Positions 1 to 13,662 of a stretch of DNA of 64,000 bases are shown here, in pieces. This stretch comes from Phoronis australis (lineage: Eukaryota; Animalia; Phoronida), in contig NMRA01000061.1 in NCBI GenBank assembly GCA_002633005.1, positions 931,400-995,399 on the forward strand. Direction: 5' to 3'. Position 1 is the stretch's first letter. Each line of letters starts with the position of its first letter. A program made the translations under genes and the position numbers. The notes under the pieces were generated by a model. That model saw nothing but the letters and a program-made list of their open reading frames with translations. It was not told the origin of the DNA and ran no database searches.

Positions 1-75
1 GTTTGTTCAAGACCAATGCATTGTGCATTCGCCCACGGAGCCCCCTGGGTGCGCGCATATGCTAGTTAGCAATTA

Positions 76-156
76 GCACCCCGAACTGACAAATTGTATC
101 TGGGAGAATTTTAGGGAGGCATGGCCCCCTTGGCCCCCTCCTGGAATCCGCCATTG
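76..156 (-). mobile_element. Partial/diverged MITE of the same family
   Basis: gcaccccgaactgac...atctgggagaattttaggg...catggcccccttggcccc...atccgccattg. Confidence 0.7.
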
Positions 157-492
157 AAACTGATAGATGCAAAAAACATCTGAACTGATTTTTCTGCTAT
201 CTTGCGTGTGAAATACTTTGTTTCCTACAAACCTTCTGCAAATACATCATTCTATGCGTTGTCGGTGAAAACTAAAAAACAGTGGTATCCATAATGCAAG
301 AATATTCAGACATCTATATGCACATCTGGGCGTGTGCTGTTCGGGGACTTTCCCGAATGAGAAGCGTAAGAAAAATTAATCAACAACGTCAATTTCACCG
401 GTAGTCGACTATCCTTATAAGATCAGTTTTTCTAACCTCATTTCACAGCATTTAACCAATACCATTTCAATACGTCTCTTTTTTATGACTAA

Positions 493-576
493 CTACTTTG
501 CTGTCTGATTTGTTTGGGTTTGGTGATATACACTGAGTGTATGGAGATGCAGTTGTCTCCTATCGGCCCAATACAC
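493..576 (-). pseudogene. Possible further YWTD exon or remnant of the LRP-like gene (VYWADRRQLHLHTLSVYHQTQTNQTAK*)
   Basis: A cag acceptor is followed by VYWAD (YWTD-like) on the same strand as the gene. There is an early TAG, and the phase does not match the candidate upstream exon near 1977-2055. Confidence 0.3.
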
Positions 577-2347
577 CTGTTATTGTTTTTTATAAAATTT
601 GTTAAATTGAGATGCGTCGGGACACGATCAACCGACTTCGAGAACATTAGAAAACTAAATTTCCATCAGACCCACACATTAAAATTTCAGAGTTCAAGTT
701 CCCAGTTATGTATAACTGAAGACTTTAGAGATTGTTTACTCAACCATGATGCATTTTGAAACGGTGAGTATATGCACATGCTATTGGCAGCGTTATGGTC
801 AGGGTCAAAGGAAACCAACGTGCCTTGTTGTGCTTCTCATTATTTTCTGTAAAGTAACAAAATTAAAGTTCTCTTGATAAGTTCGATCGCCTATTTTAAG
901 ATTTCAAAACTGTATTTTGAATCCTCGCATATATTTGTTACTATGCAGACATTGGCCAGTTGCATAATTTTGGTGAGGTGCCCTACTTCTAGAGCCCGAA
1001 GCGGTATGAAGAAGGGTGATTGCCTAGACTTTTTATGGTTTTATTTTGTAGAGCTAAGATCAATCTAAACACTGGTTGTAGTTATGTTGTTTTAAATTTG
1101 GCTTCAGCTGAGATATTTAGGCAGGAAGTAGGGCAATTTTCAACATTTTGGAATCACCACAAACTAGCTAAACTGGTAGCCTTCAAAAACGGTTAAGATG
1201 TAACTGAAACCTTGACATTTTCTATGACTGGCAAGTTGAAAGAAACCCCAATTCAGTGATGAACTTGAAGTGTTTCATTTTGCACTATTGTTCTCAAGGT
1301 AAGTTCGCAAAAAGTGCCAAAATGTAGCTGTAACGAGGCTTGGAATTGACAGAAAAACAACAAGTTCCCATAGCAACCACAAGGTGGTGCACGCAAAAAA
1401 TTTAATGTTGGTATGAAGGTTGGGGCATCAACCCCTACCATCATGCAAACAATCGAGGAAATCCGTGACACAGCCTTTATCACTTTTTGCCTGGTCCATT
1501 CGTGGACGGGCTCTTAAGTTCTTCGAATGGTCGACACAGACGACTTTCTGGTATCAGAGAGTCACAGAATATAGCTACAGAGAATATAGCTCATCTTTAC
1601 TCGGACTGTAACATGTCGAAAATTTTCTGGTCTGCTATGGGTTAATGGTTACATTCAAAAACACAAAATGGACGAATGTTGCTTTAAGTAAATTACCTGA
1701 ATGGGATATAATCATTTTACTCATTTCTTTGGGAAAGTATTTTGTCTCCAGACTCAAGAATGTTATAAAATATTTCTTCAATTGAACTTTTTAGGAAGGA
1801 TTTGTTACAATTAGGTTCTCTTTGTCTCGTTTGTTTCTCTGATTATTAGCTAATGCTACATTTAGTATCTGGTCTCAAAACGTGCTTTTGCTTATATGGG
1901 CGTGAGCTAGTGGATGGCCGGTGCTCCCGTGGGCTAGTATTAAATGTCGCCATGGAAATAATAGAAAGTACTTACCCTCATCTTTATGCAGATCCATGTC
2001 AACTACCAGAAGATCAAGTATTCCTCTGCCTTTGTTGCCAGATGTGTGCTTAACTATAAAAAATGCTATGTACAGCTGTATGGCTGAACCAGGCTGTCGA
2101 TGATGAACAGCATTTTTTTAGAATTCAAACATTACTGGCCAACCTCAGCGTCTATATATTTACTATATCTAGTTAAAACATACTGGTGAATTGCTAATTG
2201 TATATATAATTGTCCAAATCCTGTGCGAAAAAGGCGAAACGCCTCTCGTGGGATGTATGACTTAAGAGTTGGCTGTAAGCAGTAATTGAAGGACTTTTCA
2301 TGTTACGCTGTCCAGTTCTGGTAGAAATAGATTGTTACTAGACCCCA

Positions 2348-2476
2348 GTTCAGTAAGTCAAAACTTCGCGGGATTACGTGAGATATTGTCGTATGTTTTG
2401 AACGAGAGCATGTGACTTTGGTAAGATTTCAACTAGGTCCTAGAGTAGGTCCTAGCGTTACTGAACGCACGCCAGG
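2348..2476. mobile_element. Internally deleted copy of the ~150-bp fold-back repeat
   Basis: Shares gtgactttgg...ctaggtcctag...gttactgaacgcacgccagg with 6326-6474. Confidence 0.7.
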
Positions 2477-5400
2477 TTGTCACGTTAGAAACAAGGATGT
2501 CATGTCCATTGAAACTCGGGGGCACTAAACACTCTAAAAAAAAACATTTACATTCACGCACAATGGGCAATGATGATCAGAAGCGAAACATTGAATTCTT
2601 AAATGAGAATGTCACCCAAGAAACAACCTATTTTGTATCAGTTTAGATCGAGTAGTTCTACTCGATAACGGCACGTTCGGTTGCGTTACCTGACACCTGA
2701 CGGCAGACGGAGGTGTTGAATTATCCAATGACGTCATTGGTTTCACACGCAGTCTGTTCAGCAGCTCACACCACGGGTTACTGGTGTCCGGTTATCGCTA
2801 GAATTCATCGTTTAACACCAATAAATCATCAAACTTCGATGTAAAACCCTTAAAAATACACCGAATTCTTATAAAAGCGTGTTGTTTTATTTCGCTGTTA
2901 CGGATTTATTGGTATTTGGACACACCGTAGCCTACAAAGTTCGGCAGGACAATTTACCAAGGTCCGTAGCTGGAGTTTGGGGTCTGTTCGGAGACAAATT
3001 CGAAGTATTCTTCCGTGAAATACAGACAGGAGAACCTAGATATTTGTTGGTTGTACTTGTGATTTTTTTAGTTCTAAACACACAAAACGCTTGTTATCCC
3101 AGCCCGGTCAGTGGCTCGGAACCTGATCAGGCCCGTCCCGGCCGCCGGAACTGGAACGAACATAAACCAGCTTGAGTTGGAAACTAAACTTCCAGTCACA
3201 AAAAGACTACAATAGTGAGCCAAAGAAATAATGTGCACGTAATTATTTATGTGAATTAGCCACGAAACTGAAAACCTACTTACTTGTGGGGGGCCGCGAA
3301 GTCGGGGTGTCCTTCCACGGACCGTCAGGTGAAAGGTCGTTCAGCAATGATTTGAATAATTTATTTGTATTTCTTAATAAAGATTCCCCTAACATGTGAC
3401 CATAGCATGTGAAATCGAGTAATTGTTTCACAACAGCTTTCTGTCAGCAAACACTGAATTAGCATGCGCTCAATCGGCCTCGGTGCCCGGTAAATTACCT
3501 TTGTTGCCGCCATCAAAATCCGGCAACGTAGTGGTTTATTCATTGCTGGCTTCTCAACATTTGCACTTACGAATACTGCAAAGGCATTAAAAATTGTATC
3601 TAATGAGACAGACTTTGTTCCAGTATCACATAAGCATTGGTTATGATGAGAATAATTCATTTTGAAACTGAACGCAGAATAATAAACGCCTACATGGCAA
3701 CTCTCCCGGCGCCAATCCCTACTTAGACAAGAGCTCATCCGACGAAGACTTCTCGGGTCGGATCATTAGGTTTCACAGGCTATCAGTTCGAACCGGAATA
3801 CACTGATCAAGAAATGCTAGAGAGGCGCCGTGAACATGCACAGGCAACGGAACGTATGGATAGTTCTTTGGCTAGCCGGAATTCGTCAGAGAAATCACTG
3901 TCGACGAAATGTCGTCCACAGACACGGAGATGTTTCAAGGCCTCATACTTGCTATTAACAGCGCACCTTTCGTTCTTCATTTCTCTGCAGACGAACCACT
4001 GACGTCGCTGCCTCGTTTCTCACCTTCCTCACAGGTTAACGCGACACCTCTTGGCAAGGTGAGGTCGACCGTATAAGAGTCGATGTGGATATAGACCGAT
4101 TAAGACGGTAAAAAAGACTAATTAAATTGGGTGACATTCTCCTTTAATGACTGTGTATGTGTTTATAAAGTTTTATACACTATTGTGAACTGTGGACAGA
4201 TAGCTTCTTCTTCAATAAAGTTATATTACTATTTACGTTTAATCTCATTCACCGTTGTCTTTCCTTCCTTAGCAAGTATCGTCAACGAGTCCTGCCCGAG
4301 CACATATATGTAATCCTGGAAATCAATCAAAAGCACGTGCGTCAGTGGGCTCTGAATGGTGCGAGCTTTTAGATGTAGGGGTCGTGTTTAGAAAATGTTC
4401 ATCTCATACATAGCTGTGCTTTTCGAATCTAAAAAGTTCCAGCGTTGAATGTTTCATTCTTGCGTAATTTTGTGTTGAATTTGGTGACAAATGACAAAAT
4501 GCTCAAATTAAGTGATCATTTCTAGCGCTTTTTTACTTAACGCTTATTATTGTACATTGCATTTTCCGTAGTAAACAGAAAGATGTGAATAAAAACAAAT
4601 TGCATCAGCCATTCTAACAGGCCCAAAGCCCCTACAGACAAAATTAGTCACGAACGAAATGGGAAAAATAGGATGTAATTAGCAGTAACGATATTTTTAT
4701 CAATCCCACTGCTACAAACAACAGGAACATTTTCATGCGTATACCAAACAAGTGTTGATGATTTTACAAGCTAGGAAAAAGTAGCAAAAGTTGGAGTGCG
4801 TTTTAACAATGTGTTAAAGAAAACAATGAGGGAAACAGGGCTATCAATAACCTATTTTCTTTAAACACCAGAACTTGCATAGTCAAACTACCCCCCTCCT
4901 CTTGTTGTTTCCCCTTGGCCCCACAATTAGTCCTTCGAAAGGAGCAGGTCGGCCGGCAACATTTTATTTTGTTCTACTTCTTATTTCAGTGTTGGTGTCG
5001 CTCAATTTAGTGTAGCCAGTTACAGATTCAATGCTTTTCCAGATTCAAATATGATAGTGTTTTAAACTGACTTACACTTTATTAATGGACTTTACAGCCA
5101 GCTGACCCCTGACCCTTTCATGAATTATACACTAGTGAAAATGCTAGTAGTTTTTACAAGAAAGAAACTGAAGGAAACACATGGCTCTAAACACCACCAG
5201 AGCAGATTAAACACAAGCAAAAGCAAGACGAAGGCATGCAACAATACAGGAAAAAATTGCCAATGCATGAACGGCAGGCACGTATTCGTCACCATAGATC
5301 TTCAAAATTTACCCATACATTTGAAGCCTTGTGGTTCAATTGGCCCAAAGACCCGGCCGTGTTTCTAAAATAAACCTTGCTGGTCGAGAACTATCCATAT

Positions 5401-6012
5401 GTCAAATTTCAAAAAGACCCGTCAGGGGCGCCGGACACAGGTGCAAGAACTCAATTTAATTTTAGAGCTCTAATCAGATTTGATTTGTCGACCTGGGATT
5501 TTCGTCAAGTCGCCAAATGCGAATTGGCATCACGCTAAGCTTCGAGCACTGTATTGGATTTTGTAAAAATGTTGTATCTACCTCATCCCAATTCAAAGTT
5601 ATGGGTTTTTATCAAAAACATATGATTTTTGCATTTTCCTGCTCCACGACAACGCGCCTGTAAAGGAATGGTTTCATCAAAGCTTTTTGTGTATTCGAGC
5701 GTTTTCTTATGCGTTGGGTATAGAGCTGTCTCCTGATACCCGCCAGTACATGTACGTGTCACTTTAAGGTGAGAACCAAATCGACAGCTTTTAAGCGTAA
5801 GTACTTCAAAGTACTTTTCCACGTCCTGCTTTAAGACTATGGATAAGAGTCAAAGTTAATTTGACATAAAAAGCCTAGGCTCTTGTCAAATTTCACTCGC
5901 CTCACGGACATGAGTGTTTGCACATGTGCAATAACGTACAGCAGAATTAGGAAACAGCACTGGGTTTCTGGTATAATAAATCAATGACATGAAATGATAC
6001 CAAAACACTTGC

Positions 6013-9000
6013 CTTAAATAGGTCAATGGATAAAATAATATTTTCAAACTCCGCATGAACTTGAATGTCGCCACCAGAAAAATTTGACGACTTCACCAGT
6101 GTTTTCCTCCCGAAGTTCACCCAGTACAATCTTTCGGCTTTGTAATCCAAAGCCATGTCAGTTGCAAATTCATTTTCATGGAGACGAGTTTCGTTGTTTC
6201 CAAGTAAGTCAGTTCTAAAGATGACTATAGTCTTTTCTGTCCAAGAACAGTAGAATAAATACCTAAAAAGATACGGGAAAGGTTTAATCACTTAACGGTC
6301 TTCCTGTACCTACGAAAACAGTCCACGTTCAGTAACGCTACGACCTCGCTAAAAAGCAAAACTTTCCGAGATTATGTGAGACATTGCTGAGTATTTTAAA
6401 AGAGAACACGTGACTTTGGCTAGATTTTAGCTAGGTCCTAGCGTAGGTCCTAGTGTTACTGAACGCACGCCAGGTTTGAACAATTCAGAAGCGCCAGGGC
6501 ATGAAATCCTGAAATCATGTTACTACAACATCCAGGCAGCTAGGATATGTGTCGATCACTATTCATCTTAAAAAATGATGATCGGTACGACCCTTTTTGA
6601 GATTACACTAAATGGAGTCAGTTTGAATCGCTGCCCATATCAAACTGTTCTGTTAGAACCTGTTTTACGTACTGTCTCTGCTTCATCAAAGGCTGAGATG
6701 TTGAAACTCTCATTTGACAGGGTTAAACAATGCTTAGATCTGTCAATAACTGCGCATCTCATGCGACGAATAAAGAGTATACATGGTATCTTAAGAGATT
6801 TCATCCACTAGTGATACTCAAAAAGGAGTTGGCAGTAGTTTTCATTATAAACTGGACAGCATTCAAAATAATTCTGTTAGACTCTGTTTAACTTGGGCGA
6901 GCATCTTCCTAGAAATATTGACAATTTAGTCAAACATCAGAAACTATACGATGGCATTTTTGTTGAACTTTAATTTGAATTTAATGCGACGTTACCACGC
7001 TTAGACATCAATTGTCTCCTTTAGAAATGTATAGAAGTCGTTCTATAGCACACGTTTACAACTGCTAGAAAATTGGGTATGAAAGAGTTTTTTATATTTT
7101 TCCCAAAATATTTATGAAATTAGTTTGCGTACCCCATAGGATATCTTCTGTGACGATACGCGTATAGCACGTGCGCACTTTTGTGCATAGGCGAGAGTGC
7201 GTTCAGGAATCGCGACAATCTGCCACCACCACGTGTACAATGCATACATGTACAGTGTATGCATTGATCTGCATCTGTCCAGAGAGAGCGAGAGTTTTAC
7301 TTAAAGATTCCTTTTCACAAATTTAGAACAAATGATGAGTTTTGTCACTCAAAATATATCGCTCAAAAATATCAACTTTCAGCCCCGTCTGTTTTACGTT
7401 ACTTTACTACTTTTTTAAGAAGGCAAGGTTGCCGTGGAAACCTAATTATGGCAGTTGAGTGAGTACCCCTGATGAATGAATCAGCTGTCACTCACAACGT
7501 TGGCCATTTTAGGTGGAAGTGCAACACGAAAAGAAAAATTAAGCAAAAAATAATATTAAATTCAGTTAAGTTTGAAGATGTCTAGAGTTGCGTTGCATGA
7601 GCTTAGGGCTAAAGTTTCGACTGAACTTACTTGCGCTAGAATCCATGTTATGATTTGAGAAAAACTTGAATATTCACCTTAACTTTAGCTATAGTTTTAC
7701 GTGGCAATATCTCAGACAATGTTTTGTACTTGAGATCAGTCGAAATGGGATTCCAAACCATGAAATCCAACGGTCGCAATCCGACGTTGTGCTTGTAGAG
7801 CTCAAAGACTAGCGACAAGAGGCCAGGTAGTTATTAAGCGTATTCAGCAGATAAATGTACCGTCTGCGGTTACGCGAAAGGACTGGAACCCCTGGTCCGA
7901 AACTGGCGATTTCTTATAAAACTACAAAAATAAATTCGGCTGTTTTATAGCAGTAGTCAAAGCCAATAACTTGTGCAGGAGAAGTTAGAAGATCGACTAC
8001 GAGGTGAAAAATGCCCCAGGTCAATGTTTTAAGCCACGCTACAGATGTGACGTTAATATTTTGAAATCTTAGGACTGACAATGTAGGACCTGCAAAACTG
8101 TCCATAATAGAACATCATATCTCAGAACTGGCTGATCAGATTCATTTGAAACTTTCAGATACCATGGTTAAGAACTTTTCTAAAAATATTAGAAATCGTT
8201 TTTTGAAGTCCTCCATTTTTGCATGAGTAACTATCAAATTTGTTATTTTTATGATTTCATTGAAAAAATCAAAACGTGCATAACGAATTAAGAAAACTGT
8301 AAGAACACTTGTGAGATTTCATCTTGAATATTTGTATCACACGAAATTTGATCATGTTGTCGTTTTACTTTTAATGTACTAAAAAGTTATTTTACTCAAT
8401 CAGATATTGTCACGTGACCCAATTAATGACAAATTTGAGAAGTCAAAAATTAAATTACGCAGGTTTTTTAAGTTCAAAAATAATTACTTTTGTTTAGTTA
8501 AAACCATATATTTCTAGCTATGATGCTTGATCCAGACTTGTCGCTGAGGTCCTACAAAACCTAGTTTGTACGTGAAGCTGTTCGGTAACGAAAACAGCGT
8601 CACGTTCATCGCAAGTAAAATGTCTCATTATGCAGCGTTGCGTTCGTATTGGCGTGTGAGTCGCGTCTAATTTCGACCATGTGTGAAGTAAGTAGCTCCG
8701 TTGATGTAATGGATTAATTATGCATTTTTATTTCAAACATTTCCTTTTTTGTGACGTAGCTAACGTTGGGTCACTAAATGAGGCTTTTCGAAACAACCTA
8801 CCCTGTCTTTGGATGCACAGCCACCGATTCAATACTGTCGCCTCTTTGCAATACTTTATACCTTTGTTTAGTTTTCGAAATGTCAAGCAAGGATACCATC
8901 AGAAGCACTTTTGTGGTATGCGTGCCTACGTAGAAGTTCCTGTTTATCCAGTCAACGGCAATTGAAGTCACACTTCCGTATACAGGCAAGTCGTCCAGAA

Positions 9001-11683
9001 GCAGACATCCAGTTATACTTCCCCATCGCAACAGTGCGTCACCAACAGCAGCAAACACGAGGTTTTTCGTAGAATAATCCAATGCCAATTTATTCTGCAG
9101 TAAAAGATTTTTTACTGTAGGCTTATGCTTCGAGAATAAGTTCTCCAATGAGTCGTTCGATGACAATAGCACGTCAAAATCATCTTCATACGTAAGTAAA
9201 GAGTCGATTTTTGACACAATGATGAACTTCGTGCCGTTGACTGAAAAGGAAAAGAACTTTTTGAATACGTTTAAATGAGACAGCTAACGTGTATTTGTGT
9301 GTTTGTTTGCGCATGTGTGTGCTCCTCTGTATGTTAGTACTAAGAGATCCATCATGCTTCAATGCCAGTCTTCCAATGAATACCAAACCCTGGTGGAATA
9401 ACAAAACGCATCTGAGAGATCGGAGACTGAGGTCTAAACAGATCGATTGGTTGTGACGACTTTTACATTTTTGAGTTTTGTCGTGTGTATTTATGTTTTT
9501 AGTTGTTTTGTTACCTTGATTGCAAAATCCTTTTCAGCAAAATGTTCGTGTAATCACGAGGCACTCCGTATTCTCCGTCTTAACCCCTGTCTACAACCAA
9601 CTATCCTGAACCAGGCTAAATTCCTTCGCGACAAAAGAGGTACGAAACCGCTTCACTGACCCGGTTTTGTGTTTTCGCAAACACGGTGCGTCGAAGATTT
9701 TTGCGCCAAATGACGCGGGGAGCAAGTTTTATTGGCAAAAACATCATCCATATTTTTGATAAATTTATTCCCAATGATTCAAAAAGTAGTATAATCTAAG
9801 ACATAATAATAAACACAAACACTACGCTATCACCAACGGTCGCTTAGTTTTTGACGACTTGGTAAAATTTAACGATATATTTCTAAATCTAAAAAGTTGT
9901 CTATTCCTTACAAAATTACATTTCTCTGTGGTATAGTACTATTTCAAAGTATTCTCAAAAACGTGAACAATACATGGCAAAGCATCCCCAATCTTTGAGG
10001 GTACTTGTAATATTTCACTATGTTGTCTAAGTGATCCATCCAGAATCGTGACAGCGTCGTCTGCATATTGCAATATTTTAATTTGATGACTGTTACTTAT
10101 TTCCAAGCCAATAATATAACAGTTAAATCTAGCCATTAATACCAGTAGAAATAAATACACAGACGCGGGATCTCCCCAAGAGGTGTGGAAAGACTTTGAG
10201 GGCATTCCTTTTTGTACCGTAAAGGCTTGCGAACCCCGGTGGAGAATATGTGTCCACTTCTGTATCTCTTCTCCGAAATTAAGCGTGTTCAATGTATAGC
10301 AGAGGAATTTCCGCGATAAAGAATGAAATAATTTTTCAAAATTAACCATCATAAGATGACGGGGACATTATTTTTTCTGCATCATGAATAGGCCTTGCAT
10401 TTCCCTCCACAAATCTTCCCGCCAAAAACCCTTTTTGGTTCTCATGAATCAAATATTCCAAAAAATCTTTGTCTTTTCAGCTATAGAAGCTGACATCAGT
10501 TCATAATTAATACGTAATGCCTTTATGGATCTCCATCTCTAAGACTCCCCCTGGTTTATCATTCTTCTTGTAGGTACCATTACCATTCTTAGGCAACAAC
10601 CAGTGGCGGATTTAGAAGGGGCCAAGGGGGCCATGGCCCCCCTAAAATTCTCCCAGATTCCATTAGGCAGTTCAGAGGTGCGGATGTCTGTCAGGTTAAT
10701 ATGCTGCCCTGACCCCCCTAACTCAAAATACTGGATCCGCCCCTGACAATTTCATATTCTCTGACAATTTATTCCATGAGAGTTTATATATATATATATG
10801 TTCAGGTAATACGGTGCAATTTCTTCGAACTCCATTTTCCCTTCTGAGCAGCCTAACTGAAAAGGTGATAGATAAATGGCTTTGGACTGACCAAAAAATT
10901 CTTTTTAATTTACAGCTTAGTTAAATTTCGTCATCATGTGAGCAATAAAGGCATCCATAGCCTGTCAATTACACACGTTTCGTGAGAATGGCCTCTTGAA
11001 AGAAAATCTTTTCATTTCTATTATATTAGTTTAGGAATCGTCACTTAGAAATTACAGTGCTCGGCTCGTTTTCCATTCACAAAAAACTACGCATACCTTT
11101 CCATTGCTCCCCGTAAATATGCTCCATTCAATATCTAACTCAGTTCCTCCTGCCAACGAAAAATGCAGGCGATCGGATACGCTGGATGCACGTGTTCCTA
11201 TCTCGATCCATGCCAAATAGAACAAGTGCAACGCTAGGGCGGCGCCCTCGTTGCATCTCAAAGGATATGTTTTAGGGCCCACTAGGAGGTGCTGCAGTGG
11301 TGGAGTCCGCCCGAAATCAAATGATGCCGGTGCATTGTCATCATATACCTCTGAAGCAACTTTCATTGAAATACATCAATCAATTGTCAAGATCTCACCT
11401 AGAAACGCTCTTTCTGTGCCAAACAACTCTTAATTGAAGAGCCCCTTGTCTAACAAAATGTTCATTAGGAGGCGCAGCTGTGCTCAATTCATCCACCTTC
11501 CCAAAATCAAGTGGTGCAAGCCAACCTACAGTTGTTGTGTAGTGTTTTTGGCACCAGACGCAGCTAACTGGTTGGATAGATAGATATGAGTTACTTACGT
11601 ATGTCGCTCAAGCTTCGAATTTCAGCACTGGTCGTGGAAAGCCATAACAGAATGATTAATCCAAGCATGCATATAATTTCCAT
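6013..11683 (-). CDS. Secreted/membrane YWTD beta-propeller protein (LRP/LDLR class B, nidogen/EGF-precursor-like); 5' exons 11683-11599, 9240-8802, 6262-6013; 3' part unresolved
   Basis: Exon 1 reads MEIICMLGLIILLWLSTTSAEIRSLSDI (signal peptide) and ends at gtaagt in phase 1. It splices in frame to NGTKFIIVSK...SIAVDWINRNFYVG...SVAVHPKTG, then YLFYCSW...DMALDYKAERLYWVN...SIDLFK. These are typical LDLR class B repeat motifs. Confidence 0.75.
6326..6474. mobile_element. ~150-bp fold-back interspersed repeat (other copies about 2348-2476 and 16380-16529)
   Basis: CGTTCAGTAACGCTA(G)GACCT ... AGGTCCTAGCGTTACTGAACG inverted arms followed by CACGCC(A/T)GG; three copies in the window. Confidence 0.75.
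9770..10570 (-). mobile_element. Degenerate L1/Tx1-clade non-LTR retrotransposon reverse transcriptase fragment (intron 1 of LRP-like gene)
   Basis: ORF 9939-10352 has NFEKLFHSL (DFEKAFDSL-like), LNFGEEIQKW, GDPASVYLF (GCPLSPYLF-like) and KILQYADD. Upstream sequence resembles WRPISLLN and contains stops/frameshifts. Boundaries are approximate. Confidence 0.8.
10601..10745 (+). mobile_element. ~150-bp MITE, family with CAGTGGCGGAT/ATCCGCCCCTG ends
   Basis: TIRs plus internal GGGGGCCATGGCCCCC palindrome; flanks acaac/acaat. Confidence 0.8.
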
Positions 11684-13662
11684 GCTACACTTTCATTAAA
11701 ACAACAGACTGTAGTGGTATACGCGTCTCTGTTCACCATTTGGCACGTTTCACGTGTGTAAAATATGCCGCGTGCCCCAAACTGACGTCTTGCAATTCAC
11801 AATGAATAGCTTGTCTTGTATCTCAGCACCTGGGGTTTTTAGGGCGCGCCAAAACACTTTTAAGACATCCCTGTAGCGCTTTTGGAGTGCGCCAAAAATC
11901 CGATAGCGCAAAAAAACATCGCTTTATGATGCATTTTTCAAGTTGAAGAAGCGCATTCTTCCACTTGGCCCTCTAGCTAACGGATACCACACCGCCACTG
12001 TTTGCTTGTTCCGGTGGGTGAAACGCACTTGGCTAAACCTTTTACAATGACAGAAATTTCAGGAACAAACAAGTTGTGTCTTTCGAAAGCTCCAAAGCCT
12101 TCAGTTTCCAGTCAGAAGAGTTAAACTGGTTAAAAATAATCACTCAGAAACCAAAACTGTGCTTACATAGATCTGTTAAGAACGACTGCTGTGCATGCGC
12201 GCACTCTGCATAAAAAATTGGGAGGCTCGAATATTGAGAATTTTACAAAGATTCACGGAGTGCGTTCCGAGCTTTGAATTGTGCATTTGTCGCTTTTTGG
12301 TAGTTTTTGTACTTTTAATGTACTTTTGTCTCGTTTTCTACTCTTTTTCGGAGTTTAGGTTTCTCTGAGACGGATCATTTTACCCACTTCGCCAAATGGG
12401 GCAGTCAGCAAAGTATTAAAATCCAGTTGAGGTTAACGACAATTTCATTGACGTCGAATGTTTTCGGTCATCAAATTGGACAAAGAACAAAGAAGACATT
12501 CCAAAGTTCCAAACGCTGGATTTGTTCCACGACTGTTTTGAGTCTTTCTGTAACGATCAGACTTTTAAATTCAAATGAGGCCGACAGTGAAGAAGAAATA
12601 ACTTCACTGCGCACGCGCACTCGCTACAGGTAAAGCCTTTTTCCAAATGCCGTCTATCAAAAGATACGTAAAAGTGTTTACCATCTCAGCAAACAAACCA
12701 CTGAGTGCACTTAGCCTACTGTTGTCAAGTGGACTTGGGCTTGGCTAGCACTATAGAAGTTAGGTTCTGCACGTGACCAATGGCGCGTACCCAGCCTGAT
12801 GGGGACGGCGAATTTTTGAGAAAGTGGTCCCTTCTTTAAGATTCACTGTGCATTTGCCACAAAACCAAATCAAAACAACTTCGAAGAGGATCCAAGTTCC
12901 AAGCCAAGACTCAGACCCATCGCTGCCGCCCGGGGGGTTCACGGTCTCTCGAACTGATTCACCGCCGGGTACGTGCTTGAAATTCGCATGCGTGGTTTGT
13001 GGTACCTCTGGTATCCGATCGACTGGTCGCACGTGCTTGCTTGACATATTTTGAAAAGCTCTCCATTAAGTACTATACGTACTGTTCAACCATATGTAAC
13101 CATCAGTCAATTACCTATAGTTGTGCCGTACCGTACTGTTGGCGCGCCGGGTCACTGACTCGGGGGGGGGGCTTGTAATGGTCCATGACAAAAAAGAGGA
13201 AAATTTTCTGGGATGTAAAATACTACAAATAGGGGCCTAAGCAATTGTGATAGAAATATTTTTTGTGACTGTTATAAAATTTAACTGCAAGAAACTTTTC
13301 TGTATCATGAAGTCAAATAATGATGAAAATCATGAAATGAAAAAGAGGAAATTGGGAAATCAAATAAGAGGGAATTGAAACTATTTAAGACGAGGAAATT
13401 TCCAAGCCCTGTAAGACCTATCCGATACACCTGACACAAAGTACGCCGGGGCGTAGCTCTTGCCGTTTATTTTTTTCCTACCCCGGATCAGTGGCGCCGG
13501 ATAAATTTATATGCCACATTAACAGTGGCCCCAGTGAATTGCTGTGCCCGGGGGGACGGCCCTGTGCGGTGACAGCTACTCTAGTCTATTTCAACGCCGG
13601 CGGTGGGCTGTCCGGTGGCCTAGTTCCAGCCTTATACGGTGAAACTGTTCGTCGAGTGCGCT

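Noticed and set aside
11052-11366. 104-aa ORF in a GC-richer patch
   Set aside because: Lies in intron 1 of the YWTD gene with no recognisable motif.
12760-13054. Overlapping 95-aa and 76-aa ORFs upstream of RSL24D1
   Set aside because: No homology recognised; consistent with GC-rich promoter-flanking DNA.
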